A DNA stretch of 64,000 bases from the human T2T-CHM13v2.0 reference genome, Homo sapiens: the NCBI RefSeq assembly GCF_009914755.1, contig NC_060930.1; one strand, written 5' to 3'. The stretch's first letter is position 1; each line of letters opens with the position of its first letter. Below the pieces are notes generated by a model. The model was not told the origin of the DNA. It searched no databases and worked only from the letters and a program-made list of their open reading frames with translations. Shown piece by piece: positions 1 through 15,160 of this stretch. Made by a program: the position numbers and the translations under genes.

Positions 1-3000
1 AAGCTCACCAATTAGAACAGTGCTGTATTCTGAAATTATACAGTGTTGGGAAAAGTAATATTTCATGTTCCAAAATGCAAAAAATAGCAATATATTACTG
101 CATAGTTCAATTTTTGAATTCAAAAAACCTTTCTGATTCATCAAGAAAATTTTAAAGTATTTTGAGAAACATGTTTTGTAAAGCAGAGAACTAAGTGTGA
201 TATTTTCAAGACATTATTGACAAAAAGAACACTTTTTATAGAATCTAAAGACATAGGTTCTGGTATTGTATCTTCCACTCAAAAGATAAGTGACTTTGAA
301 AAAGTCATTTAACTTCTCTGAGCTTTCTGTTTTTATTTCCTCTGTTCAGTGAAAATACCTGTTCTACATACCTGGCAGAGTGTAGAAGAGGATTAAAGTC
401 AGATTAAAATAACCTATGTTATTTGAGTCATTGAAATACATAAAAGATATTTGTAAGATTATGTTACTACTATTAAAATTTTTAAAGTTTGACTATATAG
501 TTGAAGAGCTCTAGAATCCTCCTTTTTCCAAAATACCTTATTTCTCATGCCTGGGAACTAAAGCAACACTGAAGGATGAATCAGTTAGTATTGATTTCAA
601 GGACCAGAATTATTCTGAAGAGAAAGGAACTGAGTGAGTAAACAAATAGTAGTGTGGCTTTGTTTACATTTTGAGAGTGGAATTGGCTTGTGCTCTAATT
701 AGCTAAATTTTATAAGATTTCTGTTTTATGCATATTGCAAGGTACCTTCTAAATGAATGCAATTATTCATCCTCTTAAAAGCATACAGAAGTCTAATTGA
801 TGTGCTGTGATATTAGCTTTAAGCATGATTTTATAAAAGATCAAATTTGCATTTAATGAAAACTTAACACTTTGACATATACTTGTCAAAGATATGAAGA
901 AGTTGGCAATTTTATACATACAGATTCTGCTTAAAAGAAGTGCTTCTAAACAAGAGCCCAAGAGAACCTCAGCCATGTTGGCTAGTACTTGGTTCCTTAA
1001 GGTAGTTATGTCAGTTTCACCACTCTGCAATTCTACCTCCAGTTATGTAAAAACATACTCATTGCACATCTTTATATATACCTTCCTTTACCTATCTAAA
1101 TGATTTTAGTTTCATAAATATAGTGAATATCTTATCAGCTTTGTCAGTGCTAAGCAGTGAGTTGTAGTAAGGTAATAAATCTCTTTGAATAAATTGGTTA
1201 TTGTAGATAAACAGCATGATACACGACGAAATATTGACTATTCATGTTTTCTTGCAGAGTGAGATTTATATCAAAATGAATAACTTCTACACCAAAGTCA
1301 TATTCTGTTAAAAAAAATGAAAGGGAATTATGCCTTTGTGATTGGAGGCAAAATGGGATGAATTTAGGTCATATCTTAACAGGCTTTCAAACTTCATAAT
1401 TTTCTGATGGAAGGACAGACCAGAAGATTTGTACATTCTTTTAGAAATGGATAGGGACAATGAAGAGTTATTTATTTCCAGTTTTTTTTTTTGTTGTTGT
1501 TATGGGATTTGCTGCAAAGCAAAAATAAGAAAAAGCAGGAGAGGAAACCTGTATACTTGGATACTTTCCACAACAGGTTTTGAAATATTTTCTTTGCCAC
1601 TGAAAGACTATTTTCACTGTTTTACTGAGGGGAACAAAGCTGTCTTCAAAGGTAAAAGAACAGTAGGTGGATGGCATTGGGTTATGCGACTCCATGATTT
1701 TGGCTGCAAGCTCTATCAGTTTGTCAGGTGGTGAAGGGAACAGAGCAGCAGCAGCCTGTGTGCACTGGGAGCTCTCCTACCCATTGCACCCAAGGGAGAT
1801 TCACTGGATTCAATGAGTTATAATGTTTTAGAAGAAGGTTTAGGCTTTCTGTTCATTCATCAGTTCCCATAAACTGTTTTAAGATCTGTTTTAGTGAATG
1901 GTCATTTTCATGGGAGCATGATGGAGAGAAGAGGAAAAGAGGTAAAGGAAACTGTGTCTCTGGAGACATGTGTTCAAATATATTGTCTCCATTGTTTAAA
2001 CTCTATGTCTGTTATATATAATAGACTTCTACTTCATTTTGGATTACAGAAACCTAGGAGGAAACTCTCAGATTTCAAAGCTGTGATTGCTAAAATTTTC
2101 TACCTTGGGCGAAACACTGCTGACTGGTAGTGGTAGGCTGAGCCTGGTTGGGACTGTGATGAGATGGTGGCTCTGCATGGATGATGGCAGCAGACATTGA
2201 GGCCATTTGAATGCTCAAGGGACCAGCTTCTTGTGTTCACCTAGACTGGAAGGTGAGCCCATCTTAAAATAGTAGTGGGGGCAGTAGTTATATTTCAAAG
2301 AGATGAAGAAGGCGGAAAGGGATGAGTCATGTGCTAGAGGAGGATTTTGCTGCAAGAAGGAAGTACCCTGGGGGAGGAATCTACAGGCACAGGTCCCTGG
2401 CTCTCAAATGGCAAAGAAGACATCTGCAGAGTTAGTGTGAAATGGCTTGCAGGAGGGATATTTGGAGTCATATAGAAAAGGTGTTTCCAAAGGTCAGGAT
2501 GGCTGTGGAGCTGAAATGGAGCAAAGCCATGGCAAGTTGTGGTTCCCAGGCCTGAAAGTGGGCAAGGAAAAATGTTTAGGAGAGAACCTTAGAATGCCTC
2601 CAAAACTAAGAACAATGGCAACTCAAATCCACATCAGACTGGTGTATGAGGAGTCTTATTTAGTGCTCAATAAGACAGGAGTGAAATAAGAAGTTGGAAC
2701 ATACATGAATCAAAACACAAAGATTTCTAGATTTTATCTTCTGTGTCTAAGCTTTTGCATTTTTATTGGGCATGCTGTCTTCCAGTTTTCCTCAGAACTC
2801 TCATTTATAAAAACTGTAATACTGACTGTATAGACGTTGCATGAAAGGAGCACACCCCCAACTTTTCAACCCAGCATCTAATAATATTAGAAGAAGGAAA
2901 CTGAAGGAGGACCTGGGTTATATCCCATCGTGACAGAATAATACACCTGGAAATTTGTTGAAGTTCTGTGTTCATCTATATTCGTATACACTTGACATTG

Positions 3001-4494
3001 TATTATATTAAGTAGCCATGTATGCTCATTATATCACAAAATAGTGTATCAAATCCCTAACATACCCCCATATTTGTCTGGCGGAATGGATCATGGTTCC
3101 AGAAGCATGGGTTAAAATTTTGTGTCTCATCCTTGCTGGTTTCATGACCTTAGTCAACTTAGTTACCATATCTGTATCCTGCATAGAAAAAAGAGAGAGA
3201 GGACACTTAGGAAGTTTGCTCTAAGTATTAAGTGAGAGAATGCGCCCAACACTTACTAAACCCTCAATACATTGTGCTGGTACAAGTTGTTGAAGTTGGT
3301 ATTTTGATAAATTGTAATAATAGTCGCTTCTAGACCTCTTGAAAGAGCAGAGTGCCTCTGAATGCTAAGTTCAATTTTCCCTGCTCACAAGCAGATGCAA
3401 AGCTGGGGAGAGTGATGGCAAGCAAACCCTCACAGGTTTAATGATATAATGTCTACATAATAGGCTACTTAGTCAATATGATTCCTAACCTCTGCCTTTG
3501 CCGTGAATGGTCCTTCTACCCTTCCTTCCTTATTTGAGGTCCTCAGATTTCCTTCTTTTAATGCCCTTGAAAATGTTGAGATTCTCCTTTAATTGACTGA
3601 GTTCATTTTTAGTTTCTATTATTGCTATTCTCATCTTAGGCATCATGTCAAAAAAGAATTTCAGGGTTTTATTTTTTTTTCCTGAGACTAGCAAAAGTAC
3701 AGGTAGTGTTTGCATTACTTTGTGCATATGTATTACTTTATAGAGGCAGGATCTTTACCTCAAATCCTTTTCCCCAGTCCCTGACCACAGAGTAAGGAAG
3801 GACATGAGCAACCTTTATCAGGGCCTTTCAGAAGGCCTCGGTGTGCCATTACCTGGGCCATGTCACCAGAGTCTCATCATTGCCCCTTGAGTGAAGATGA
3901 AAATGAAAACATAACACTAGGGCAACTTTTCAGCATAGATCAAAATGATGAGGATGTGTTACCCTGGAAATAAGAGTCAGAATAAGTGGGGAATGGCTAT
4001 AATGAATGTGGAATTCCTCAGAAAATTCAAGAATAGGACAACCAGAGGGCAACTCTTCTTTGAAGTGGTTTTAATGACAGAGTTTGAAAACAAGTAAAGA
4101 GCATCCTTTTTATCCATATTTTGTCTGTTTTCCTTTGCATTTTTACCTAACACAGAATGGCTGAGGGGACTTGTGAGTATATCCACCACCTTAGTGACCT
4201 TCATAATTATAAATTTTTATATCTTTTATACTAAAAAATAAATATCCATCCAAAGTAACATAGTGCTCATTCACAATGCAATTTGGATTCTAGACATTTA
4301 AGTACTTTATCTTGGCCTCAGTGATTTCTTCTGCACCTAGTGAAATGTTTCAATGCATTTGGCTGCAGATCAAAGATAGAAAGACCTGGAAGTTTACAAG
4401 GATTGAAGGGTACAGTCAACATCTACCACATCCAATTTTAGGTTGGATATTAGGGGCCTTGGTTCAGGAGAAGCTAGACCTGGCAGCTGTCACC

Positions 4495-4874
4495 TATGTT
4501 AGTTTGATTGGGCTGCCATAACAAAATATCATAGACTGGGTGTCTTAAACAAAAGACATTTATTTTCACAGTTCTTGACACTGGAAGTCTGAGTTCAGGG
4601 TGCCAGCATAGTTAGGTTCTGGTGAGGGCTCTCCTCCTGGCTTGCAGATGGCTGCCTTCTCAGGGTGTCCTCACATGGTAGAGAAAGATATTGAGCAAGC
4701 CCTCTGGTGTCTCTTCTCATAAGGATACTAATCCCATTATTAGGGTCTCAGCCTCATGACCTCATCTAAACCTAATTATTCCCTGAAGGCCCCATCTCCA
4801 AATACTATCGCACTGGGGGTCAGGGCTTCAACATATAAATTGGGTAGTGGGAAGACACATTTCAACTCATAACA
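4495..4874. mobile_element. MaLR solo LTR, MLT1A-like
   Basis: Typical MLT1 motifs (GGGCTGCCATAACAAAATA..., GGTTCTGGTGAGGGCTCTC...GGCTTGCAGATGGCTGCCTTCTC); ends ...CATAACA; 5-bp TSD TCACC at 4490-4494 and 4875-4879. Confidence 0.85.
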
Positions 4875-5027
4875 TCACCCAACTCTAGGTTCAATGTTGT
4901 CTCATTATTTTAAAATTTGAGTCTGTCCCCAGACAACAAGGCCAGCTTTGACTCCTTTTTGATTGATGTTCTGGGTCATTACTAAAACAGTCTTGCTGGT
5001 AATTCTGCTTTAACTTTGATGGTACCA

Positions 5028-5573
5028 TTTTTTTTTTAACAAACTTTATTTCAGAGCAGTTTTAGGTTCACAGCAAAATCGAGAGGAAGGCGGAGAGAGT
5101 TCCCATATACCTCCTGTCCCCAACAACACACACACAGCTTCACCTCTCCTGCTGTCAACTTCCTGCATCAGAATTGTACAATTGTTACAATTGATGAACC
5201 TACATTGAAACATTATTATCACCTATAGTCCATAGTTTCCATTAGGGTCAATGCTTGTTCCTGTACATTCTATGGGTTTTGACAAATGTATAAAGACTTG
5301 TATCCACCATTATAGTGTCACACCTAGTAGTTTCACTGCCCTAAGAATCTTCTGTGCTCTTCCTATTCATCCCTCCCTCCCTCCTAACCCATGACAATCA
5401 CTAATCTTTTTACTGTCTTCCTAGTTTTGCTTTTTCCAGAATGTCATATAGTTGGAATCTTACAGTAGATAGCCTTTCAGATCTAATGGCTTTTCTTTCA
5501 CTAAGTAATATGCATTTAAGATTTCTCCATGTCTTTTCATGCTTTGGTAGCTTATTTCCTTTTTCCACTAAAC
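5028..5573 (-). mobile_element. Old L1M (L1MA/MB-type) 3' end fragment
   Basis: Starts with a T-tract, then AGCAGTTTTAGGTTCACAGCAAAA...TTCCCATATAC, the L1M 3'UTR in reverse; degenerate TSD ATGGTACCATTTT (5019) / ATGGTGCCATCTT (5574). Confidence 0.8.
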
Positions 5574-6049
5574 ATGGTGCCATCTTCAATTATCTGAATT
5601 CCTGCCCTTGACTCCAAGTGTCTTAGTGCCTAGGTTTGGCTCCACATGCTATCTATTTAAATGTCTAAGTCTCCATTTCTGCTGCTTATATTTTGATCTT
5701 CAGCTTCTGGATCTTGAGTTCTGCCTGACTTCCTTCTCAGATTCATTCCTCTCTCATCTTAGATCTGTGTTCCTTTATGCTGCATAGCTTATTATGTCAT
5801 TGGTAACTGTCTTTTGTGCCAGTCCCTAGCTTCTGCTCAACCCCACATGTTTTGCTTGGCCTTCTCTTAAGTGGTATCCAATCCTTCCCTGAGCCCTGGA
5901 ATAGCTGTTGACAGGCAGGGAGCAGCAGTAGTGCTATAGAAGTACTTACGCATATGTTTCTTGCTAACTTAAGCCTGTTCGAGCAGTACACTAGAATCTT
6001 GCTTCTGACAAGAGAATCCTGCAATGGCAACATGAATACTATTTAAAAA

Positions 6050-6051
<2 letters not shown>

Positions 6052-6086
<35 letters not shown>
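6052..6086. repeat. (CA)n microsatellite
   Basis: About 17 perfect CA units. Confidence 0.95.
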
Positions 6087-6088
<2 letters not shown>

Positions 6089-8954
6089 CTAACAAAACAT
6101 TAAAATAGTAATTGAGATTATTAAAATATATTTTTCTTATGTCCTTTTCAAAATGGAATTGGCATTAAAGACATTTGAAATGTGTCAATTAACACTGCTT
6201 TTCTTTATAAAGCAAATGATTCATACTTAAAATGTATTACTCTACCTTCTGCCCCTCCTGCAGCCTACCAACCTGGAGGTTAAATAGGTAGAAAATTTAA
6301 ATAGTGGAGAAGAATGTTGGTAGCTTCAAGGATGTTCAAAGTGTAGCAAGGTAGAGAGAATCTGACAGCTGAAGCTTAACTCAATATCACTAATATGATT
6401 CAGGCTTATTTGATTCATCTCCTTTATCACCATATGTAACTGTATTTTCTTTCTGCACAGAGAAATAAAATGGCATGATGCAGAAAGAACTCCGTTAAAA
6501 GCATTGGAACATTAACCTTTCTTGGTTTCTCTCTCCTCATATAAATGACATAATTGCATATTGTGTTTAAATCCACGTGGGAAGTCTGAAGGGATGTTGT
6601 GAGAATTCATCTGCAAGTTGTTAAACCTCTATGAAAATACGGAAAAGCACTGTATTGGGAAAACTCTGCAACAATAACAAAACACACTGTTGTTTTACTG
6701 CAGCAGATGCAAATAAAATGGATGGGGAAACCAGGCTTGACAAAACATAGTGATGGGTCAGGAAGATGAGATGGTTGTCATCTTTAGTATCTAAAAGACT
6801 CTCTTTGCACGCTCTTTGATGAGAATGGAGACAATGCCAGGCATTATTAATGTATGTCATAATTATGTTCAACTACATTCACAATGACCTGTTCTTGACC
6901 CATATCTGAGAACAATTTGGTGGTTGTTTCCTTTCTGATGGGATGGTTGAAATCTCTTTTGTTTTTCTTTAAGTGAATGGCTAAATTCATCGTTACAGAA
7001 ATACAGATGATTTAGTTTAACATGAAATGAATAAAAAATAAACCTAATCCCACCTTGATTGCTGTCAGCATTTTAATAGTAGAAGTGACTTTTTATGCCT
7101 GGCATTGGACAAGATCTGAGGGAGAAAAAACTTAGAATGCAGGGCTGAAGAAGCATCATGCTGTCTGTCCCCAGGGAGAAAAGAAATCTGTCCTCATTTT
7201 GAAATAGCTCTTGGCTATGGCTCAGAAACACTCAATGGGCAGCTTTAGAAATTGTAGCACTTTCTTTGACAAAAAGAAAAACCACTGTATGTCTGTGTAC
7301 TGTTAAAGGAGATAGAGGAGGTTAAGAAGTAGATACAGAAAGTATTATGTACAAGCATCCATATTATGAAATATTCTTTTTTTATTAGAAAAAAGTATGC
7401 ATTCTTCCATAAATCTAATTTTAAAATTTTTTGAAAAGTTTCTGATTTTAATTATTTTGTTCTATATTCAGGTCATATGTTTGTATTCTGCAATAAAGAG
7501 TATAAAATATATATATATATATATAAATTAATACACATTCGAGAGAACTTGCACTACAGTCACAATTTTTTTTGTCAGTATTCTGCAGTCTTCAAAAATC
7601 TCTTTAGCTAAGGTGAATAGTCCTTATTTTGCAGTGGAGGTGAGCTGAAATAAATGTCTGCTGGTTTCTATCAATTATATCTTCTTTTCCCACATTCGAT
7701 GGTCTAATCTTAGATTTCCCTCACCTTTATATTGCAGGCAATAGAAACTGCCAAACTTAAAATCAGTTTTGAACTTGAAGAGTTTACATAGGGTCAATGG
7801 AGTTGGAAGTTAGGATTGTTTTCTATTTAAAAGGTATTTCAGCTAGGGAAAAAAAATCAAAAATTTTTTGTTGTCTGTCTGAAACAGTATAAGAAAACTG
7901 ACATATAAATGAGACATTTCAACAATATTCTGAGATAAAGCCCTGAAAATTAGCTTACCCTCAAACTGTTTTGGAGTTGTCCTTCTGGAATGAAACAACT
8001 TTTATACAAAAGAGGGGAACACTATTGTGAAGATTTCTTGATGGTGTTGATGTGAACACCAAACATATAATCAAAATATGTATATACTCAGCCAGAGGGC
8101 TGCCTGTCTTAAGTCAATAGATTTCATTTTTAAAATGGTATTTTTTTTGTTATCAGAGTCATTCCCAGGGACTAATGTGAAAAACAAAACAAAACAAAAC
8201 AAAACAACGACGACAACAACAGAAACATGAACTATGCTTAACAACCACCGAGTAGCCTGAGGATCTGAAGACCCTTCCACTCACTCTTCATTTCTACTTT
8301 GAAAGATTGTTTTAGGAGGGTCGAGTGATATAAAATGCGCAAAATACCTAATAGAGTATCTGCATATAACAGTTATTCAGTAAAAATGTTTTTCTTCTTC
8401 TATATTCAAAGAGGCAAAAAGACCCAGAAAAAAAATTAATAATTACAGTTATCTATTTTATCTTTTCTCCTCGCTCGTTAGATTTTATGAGAGAAAGTTG
8501 AATATGGATCACCTATCAGAGCCTTGAACAGCCACATGTAAGTAATCTTGGGGAAGAAGAGAAATAATTAGAATATAGAGATGTCTCAATAATTTTGCTT
8601 TGGTGACAGTAAAGGGGCCAATGAACTGCTGGAAGATGCACTAAAAGCCTTGGCCCTTCTGAGTGCAATTGGGTGGAGTTGCTATCTTCTGGAATTGTTG
8701 TTTAAGGACCAGCAACACAGAACTTTTCCTCTAGCAATTTGTCATCTGCAGTGATAACTATTCCTTTTGTCTAACCATTAAGCTCTTTCTCTGAAATACA
8801 AAAAAAAAAGGTTTAAATTTCCAAAGTTGGAGAAATATTTTTGTGATATTTTAACTAAAAATTATGAATGGACATAAAAATATAGGATAAACGTCATCTT
8901 TGTGAGTAAACTTGTTATATTTTGCATAGTAGTCATGGGATAATAAGTCTTTAT

Positions 8955-10830
<1,876 letters not shown>

Positions 10831-10939
10831 GAGAAAGCAGGGTCATGCCATCTTTTGGAAGATCAAGTATGTATGTGTCATGATATAAGAATAGATGTCA
10901 ACAGAGCAATGCACTTGCCTTTGGCCAGATGATACCTGA

Positions 10940-11349
10940 TACAACAGGAATTTGTTTTCTCACAGTTTTGGAGGCCAAAAGTCCAAAATCAAGTTGTTGG
11001 CAAATTGGTTCCATCTGAGGGCTCTGAGGGAAAAATTGTCTAAACTCGTCTTAGCTTCTGGTGGTTTCTGGCAACCCCGATGTTCTCTGATTTGTAGATG
11101 CATCATTCCTATCCCTATCCCTATTCCACCTTCACACGGCATTCCTCCTATATTTTCCAGTGTCTAAATTTTCCTCTTATTATAAGGACACAAGTTATAT
11201 TGGGTTTACAGCTCACCTAATTTAGTATACCCTCTCCTTAACTTGATTACATCAGCATAGATTCTTTTTCCAAATAAGATCTCATTCACATTCATAGGTT
11301 CTAAATAGACAAGAATTTGGGGGAGACACTCACTATTCAGCCCCATACA
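10940..11349. mobile_element. MaLR LTR, MLT1C/D-like
   Basis: TCTCACAGTTTTGGAGGCC...AAGTCCAAAATCAAG...TGAGGGCTCTGAGGG; TATAAGGACAC...; ends ACTATTCAGCCCCATACA. Confidence 0.75.
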
Positions 11350-13224
11350 GCCCAGTTGTTTAATTTTCTCTAGAAATGTTCAGCTGCCTGGGTCCAGATA
11401 CTGAGTAAGTAAATGATTGAGTTTAATCAAAGAATGTTTATAAAAATCATTGTGGTATTGCTTTTTTATACATTAACTAACTTTAGGCACAAAATGATTA
11501 AATTAGTATTTTTAGTGCTTTTTGCTAAGTGAACAAAACTTATCACTTCTTTTGTAGGAAGATTTATTTTTAAGTTAGATCGTGAGTTTTGCATGTTTCT
11601 GATGACTTTGCATGAAGGATAAAGCAAAGACCTGTATATCTTCTGTAGCTTAGCTCTTGATTTCAGATGTGTTTTATCATCAAGTTTGTGGTGAAAGTCC
11701 AGAGGCCTGAGTTCTACCCCTGTTCTACCAGTGACTATAATGTGATACTTGTTCTGCCAAGAAATCGTTACTTTTGTAAATTACAGGGACCTCATAGATT
11801 TCAAAATAAATTCTTGCTCCAGATTTTACAAGTGAGAAAACGAAAGCATAAGAGAATTAACTGACTTACCAAAGATATTACGTTTAAATGCATGTTTAGT
11901 TAATGGAACTTTTAGTCCGGTGTTGTTTTCGCTATGCCATAAAATTATTCTGTACTTTTTTTTCTTCATTTATAAAATGAGGATAATATATACGTCTTGA
12001 CAGTTTTTAGTTATACATATAAAATGGGAGAAATAAGTGAAAAATATTTGTAAATTCTAGATTCTACCCCCTTATAGCTGAGACTAACTTCCATGATTCT
12101 GGCTTTTGACAACTGGAGCTCAAGACCTAATTTCTTTACTGTAATGTTATAAATATAGTGAAATGCATGTAAGTATAAAACCTATGTACTGTTTTAAATG
12201 AGTGAATATTGAAACATAATATAGAAATTACTATGTTTCTTCTGATTTATCCACCAAAATATCAGTTTCTAATTATCATATATTATTACTTTCCATATTA
12301 TAGATTATTTTCTCCTATTTTCCTAATTATGTATGTATCTAGTTTTGTAGAAATAGCTCTAAAATTATCAATGTGTTGGCTTAGAAGAGTAAATGAAGCA
12401 TCAGGGACAGTGTGTTTGACTACATTTCTAGTTTCTAAACAAGTCTTGGTTGGATAACTCTGTTTATGAAGTGGAAATGTGGTCAACAAACTCTTAGTCC
12501 CTACAGTCCACAGAGAACACTAAATCTGCTTCTGATTTTTATATGATCAACTACATAAAATATTGATGCAGTTAAGTGATGCATTGCAATTGTCCATCTC
12601 TCTGTACTCAAATTTAACATGTGTTTACAAAGGGATGCTGATCTGGAAGCAGATTGAAACAGTTATGTATTAAAAGTTTGTTAGGACAACAGATTGCAAA
12701 ATAAAAGTTTATTTTCTGATTTTCACACTTTTCATTATCATACAGAGTATGGGCCTACATTTTTATTCTAGCTTCCTCTCTGTTCATTTTCCTCTCATTT
12801 TAAACTTATTGCCTCATCCATTAATTTGCAGAATTAAAAACCATAACTGAATTCCATTACCTCTGTTGTGTACTCTCCAACAGTGCACATCCACACTAGG
12901 CCATAGCAACCCTGATAGAGCAGCCCGTGTGATCCTTCTGTAGGAAGGAATGTGAAATGCAAGTGGTTAGCAGAGTGTCCATATCCTTAATGAATGTTAG
13001 CCCTTGAAGCTGAGCTCACCTGCAATAAAAGATTTGAAAATTTTCTAATTAGAGTCAGTACATTAAATTAGAGGAAGAAAATCTATTGACACCCTGGTCA
13101 GTTTCTAAAGGCCCTCCTTAGTAGCTTTCTGCAACATGGATGACCCCTCCAGGAAAAACTTTTTAAGGAAACAGTCTTAATTCTGTATCAAAATGACTTC
13201 TTCTGTGGTAAACTGAATCAATCA

Positions 13225-13295
13225 CAATTTGCTGAGACTAGATCTTAAGTGTTCTCGTTACTAGAGAAGGAAGGAAGGAAGGAAGGAAGGAAGGA

Positions 13296-13343
<48 letters not shown>

Positions 13344-13475
13344 GAAACAGAAAGAAAGAAAGAAAAAACCTAACTGTGTAAGGGATGAGTATCTTAATTA
13401 GCTGACTGTAGTAAAATTTTCACTATGTATATGTATATCAAAACATCATGTTGTACAGCTTAAATAAATAGAAAT
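13225..13475 (+). mobile_element. L1MA 3' terminal fragment with internal microsatellite
   Basis: AATTTGCTGAGACTAGATCTTAAGTGTTCTC ... TATGTATATCAAAACATCATGTTGTAC is typical of the L1MA 3' end. Confidence 0.7.
13266..13362. repeat. Compound (GGAA)n(GAAA)n polypurine microsatellite
   Basis: Read directly; about 97 bp, nearly pure purine. Confidence 0.95.
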
Positions 13476-14858
13476 GAAAATGAATATAAATCTTGGTTTG
13501 ACATTCTGAACCAGTTTACAAAGTTGGTTTGAATCCTTTGACATATCCAGTGAATTCTATACTGTTATTGGAACAATGCATGAACACAACACTCTTAGAA
13601 ATCATCTCCAGTGTCTATTTTGCCCGTCTCCACTGGACAGTTACATAGTCAATTTTAGTAACTAATAAGCATAGGTTGTCTCATGGAAGGAATGACTAAA
13701 AAGACATTATCTTTGTGGATGAAGGGTTGTTACCAGAAGTGATTTTGTCTTCAGTTCTCGCTTACTGCAAAAAATGCTGTTGGCATGTGGTATCATTTAG
13801 GATCTGTTGAAAACACTGTTAGGGGATCGGTTCAAGTTTTGGGAGTTTGCTTGAACTCTGATAAAAGCTGAAAGCAAGATCTCTCCACTTACTTTTAAGC
13901 TGGCTTTCTCTAAGAGAAAGCTTCTTCTGATTTCTGGCTCCAAAGCCTTTTCTCAGGGGATTACTGAGGGGGGAAAATCTACTCAATCTGAGCTGCTCCA
14001 TATTCTCTAGCCCTTCATATTCCAGTATAATTCATAGAGATTTATCTCTTGCATCTTAGAAACAACATCTGAAATCCTTTCTGATTTGAAACAGAGAGCT
14101 GTTATAGATATGACTTTTTTCCCACTTACCTTCTCTGATGTACCAGCAAGAGCAATAAACTACAGAGTTGAATACTAGCTCTATCTTCACTAGCTGTGCA
14201 TCCATGGGCAAATTACATGAACTCTTTCTGTTTTAGTTTACTCATCTTTAAAATGAGAATTTTGCATTTGATAAGACCATTCAAATAATTAAATGTAGTA
14301 TTTTATGCAAAAGTATGCCTGCCTAGAATGTAGCAGATTTTAGACAAATAATAATTTGTTTCTCCGTGAATCCTTGCATTAAGCGCCCAGAAAAAAAGTG
14401 GAGAGCATAGGTGGGTAGAGAATAGTCCTGAGGATATATATTTGGGAGTTTCCTTATTATTTGACAAATTAGATCCTGTGCTTTGAGAAAATGTATGCTT
14501 CTGCCCCTGTATGCCTTCCCATTTCTCTCCACTTTTCCATACTCCTAATGATAACTGCTTCTTTACTTCTTCTTTGGAGGTAGGGTGGGGAGTCTAGCAC
14601 AAAATATTTTCTGGTACAACATACCTCTCTAAGGGATGCCACTTGTGTATGTTCTGCTGATACATTCCTGATTTTCTATTAGTACTTTCTAAAGAAGTGA
14701 AAGCAAGAATATCATAATCTTGCTAACAGAAGTTACCTTGTGGTTTTAGAAATGTCATAGAAGGTGTATTGTCTCAATTTTTTTTTCTCATTGTTGTGTC
14801 TTCATTTCCCTGGAACATAGTTGGTACTCAATAAATACTTGCTAAAAGAATAAGTTAT

Positions 14859-15160
14859 GACCGGGCATGGTGGCTCATGCCTGTAATCCTAGCACTTTGG
14901 GAGGCCGAGGTGGGTGTATTGCCTGAGCTCAGGAGTTCAAGACCAGCCTGGGGAACAGGGTGAAACCCTGTCTCTGCTAAAAATACAAAAAATTAGCCTG
15001 GCATGGCAGTGGGTGCCTGTAATCCCAGCTATGTGGGAGGCTCAGGCAGGAGAATCTCTTGAACCCAGGAGGCGGTGGTTGCAGTGAGCTTGAGATCGTG
15101 CCATTGCACTCCAGCCTGGGCAAGAGAACGAGACTGTGTCTCAAAAAAAAAAAAAAAAAA
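14859..15160 (+). mobile_element. AluS element
   Basis: Full Alu with A18 tail; TSD core TAAGTTAT at 14851-14858 and 15162-15169. Confidence 0.95.
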
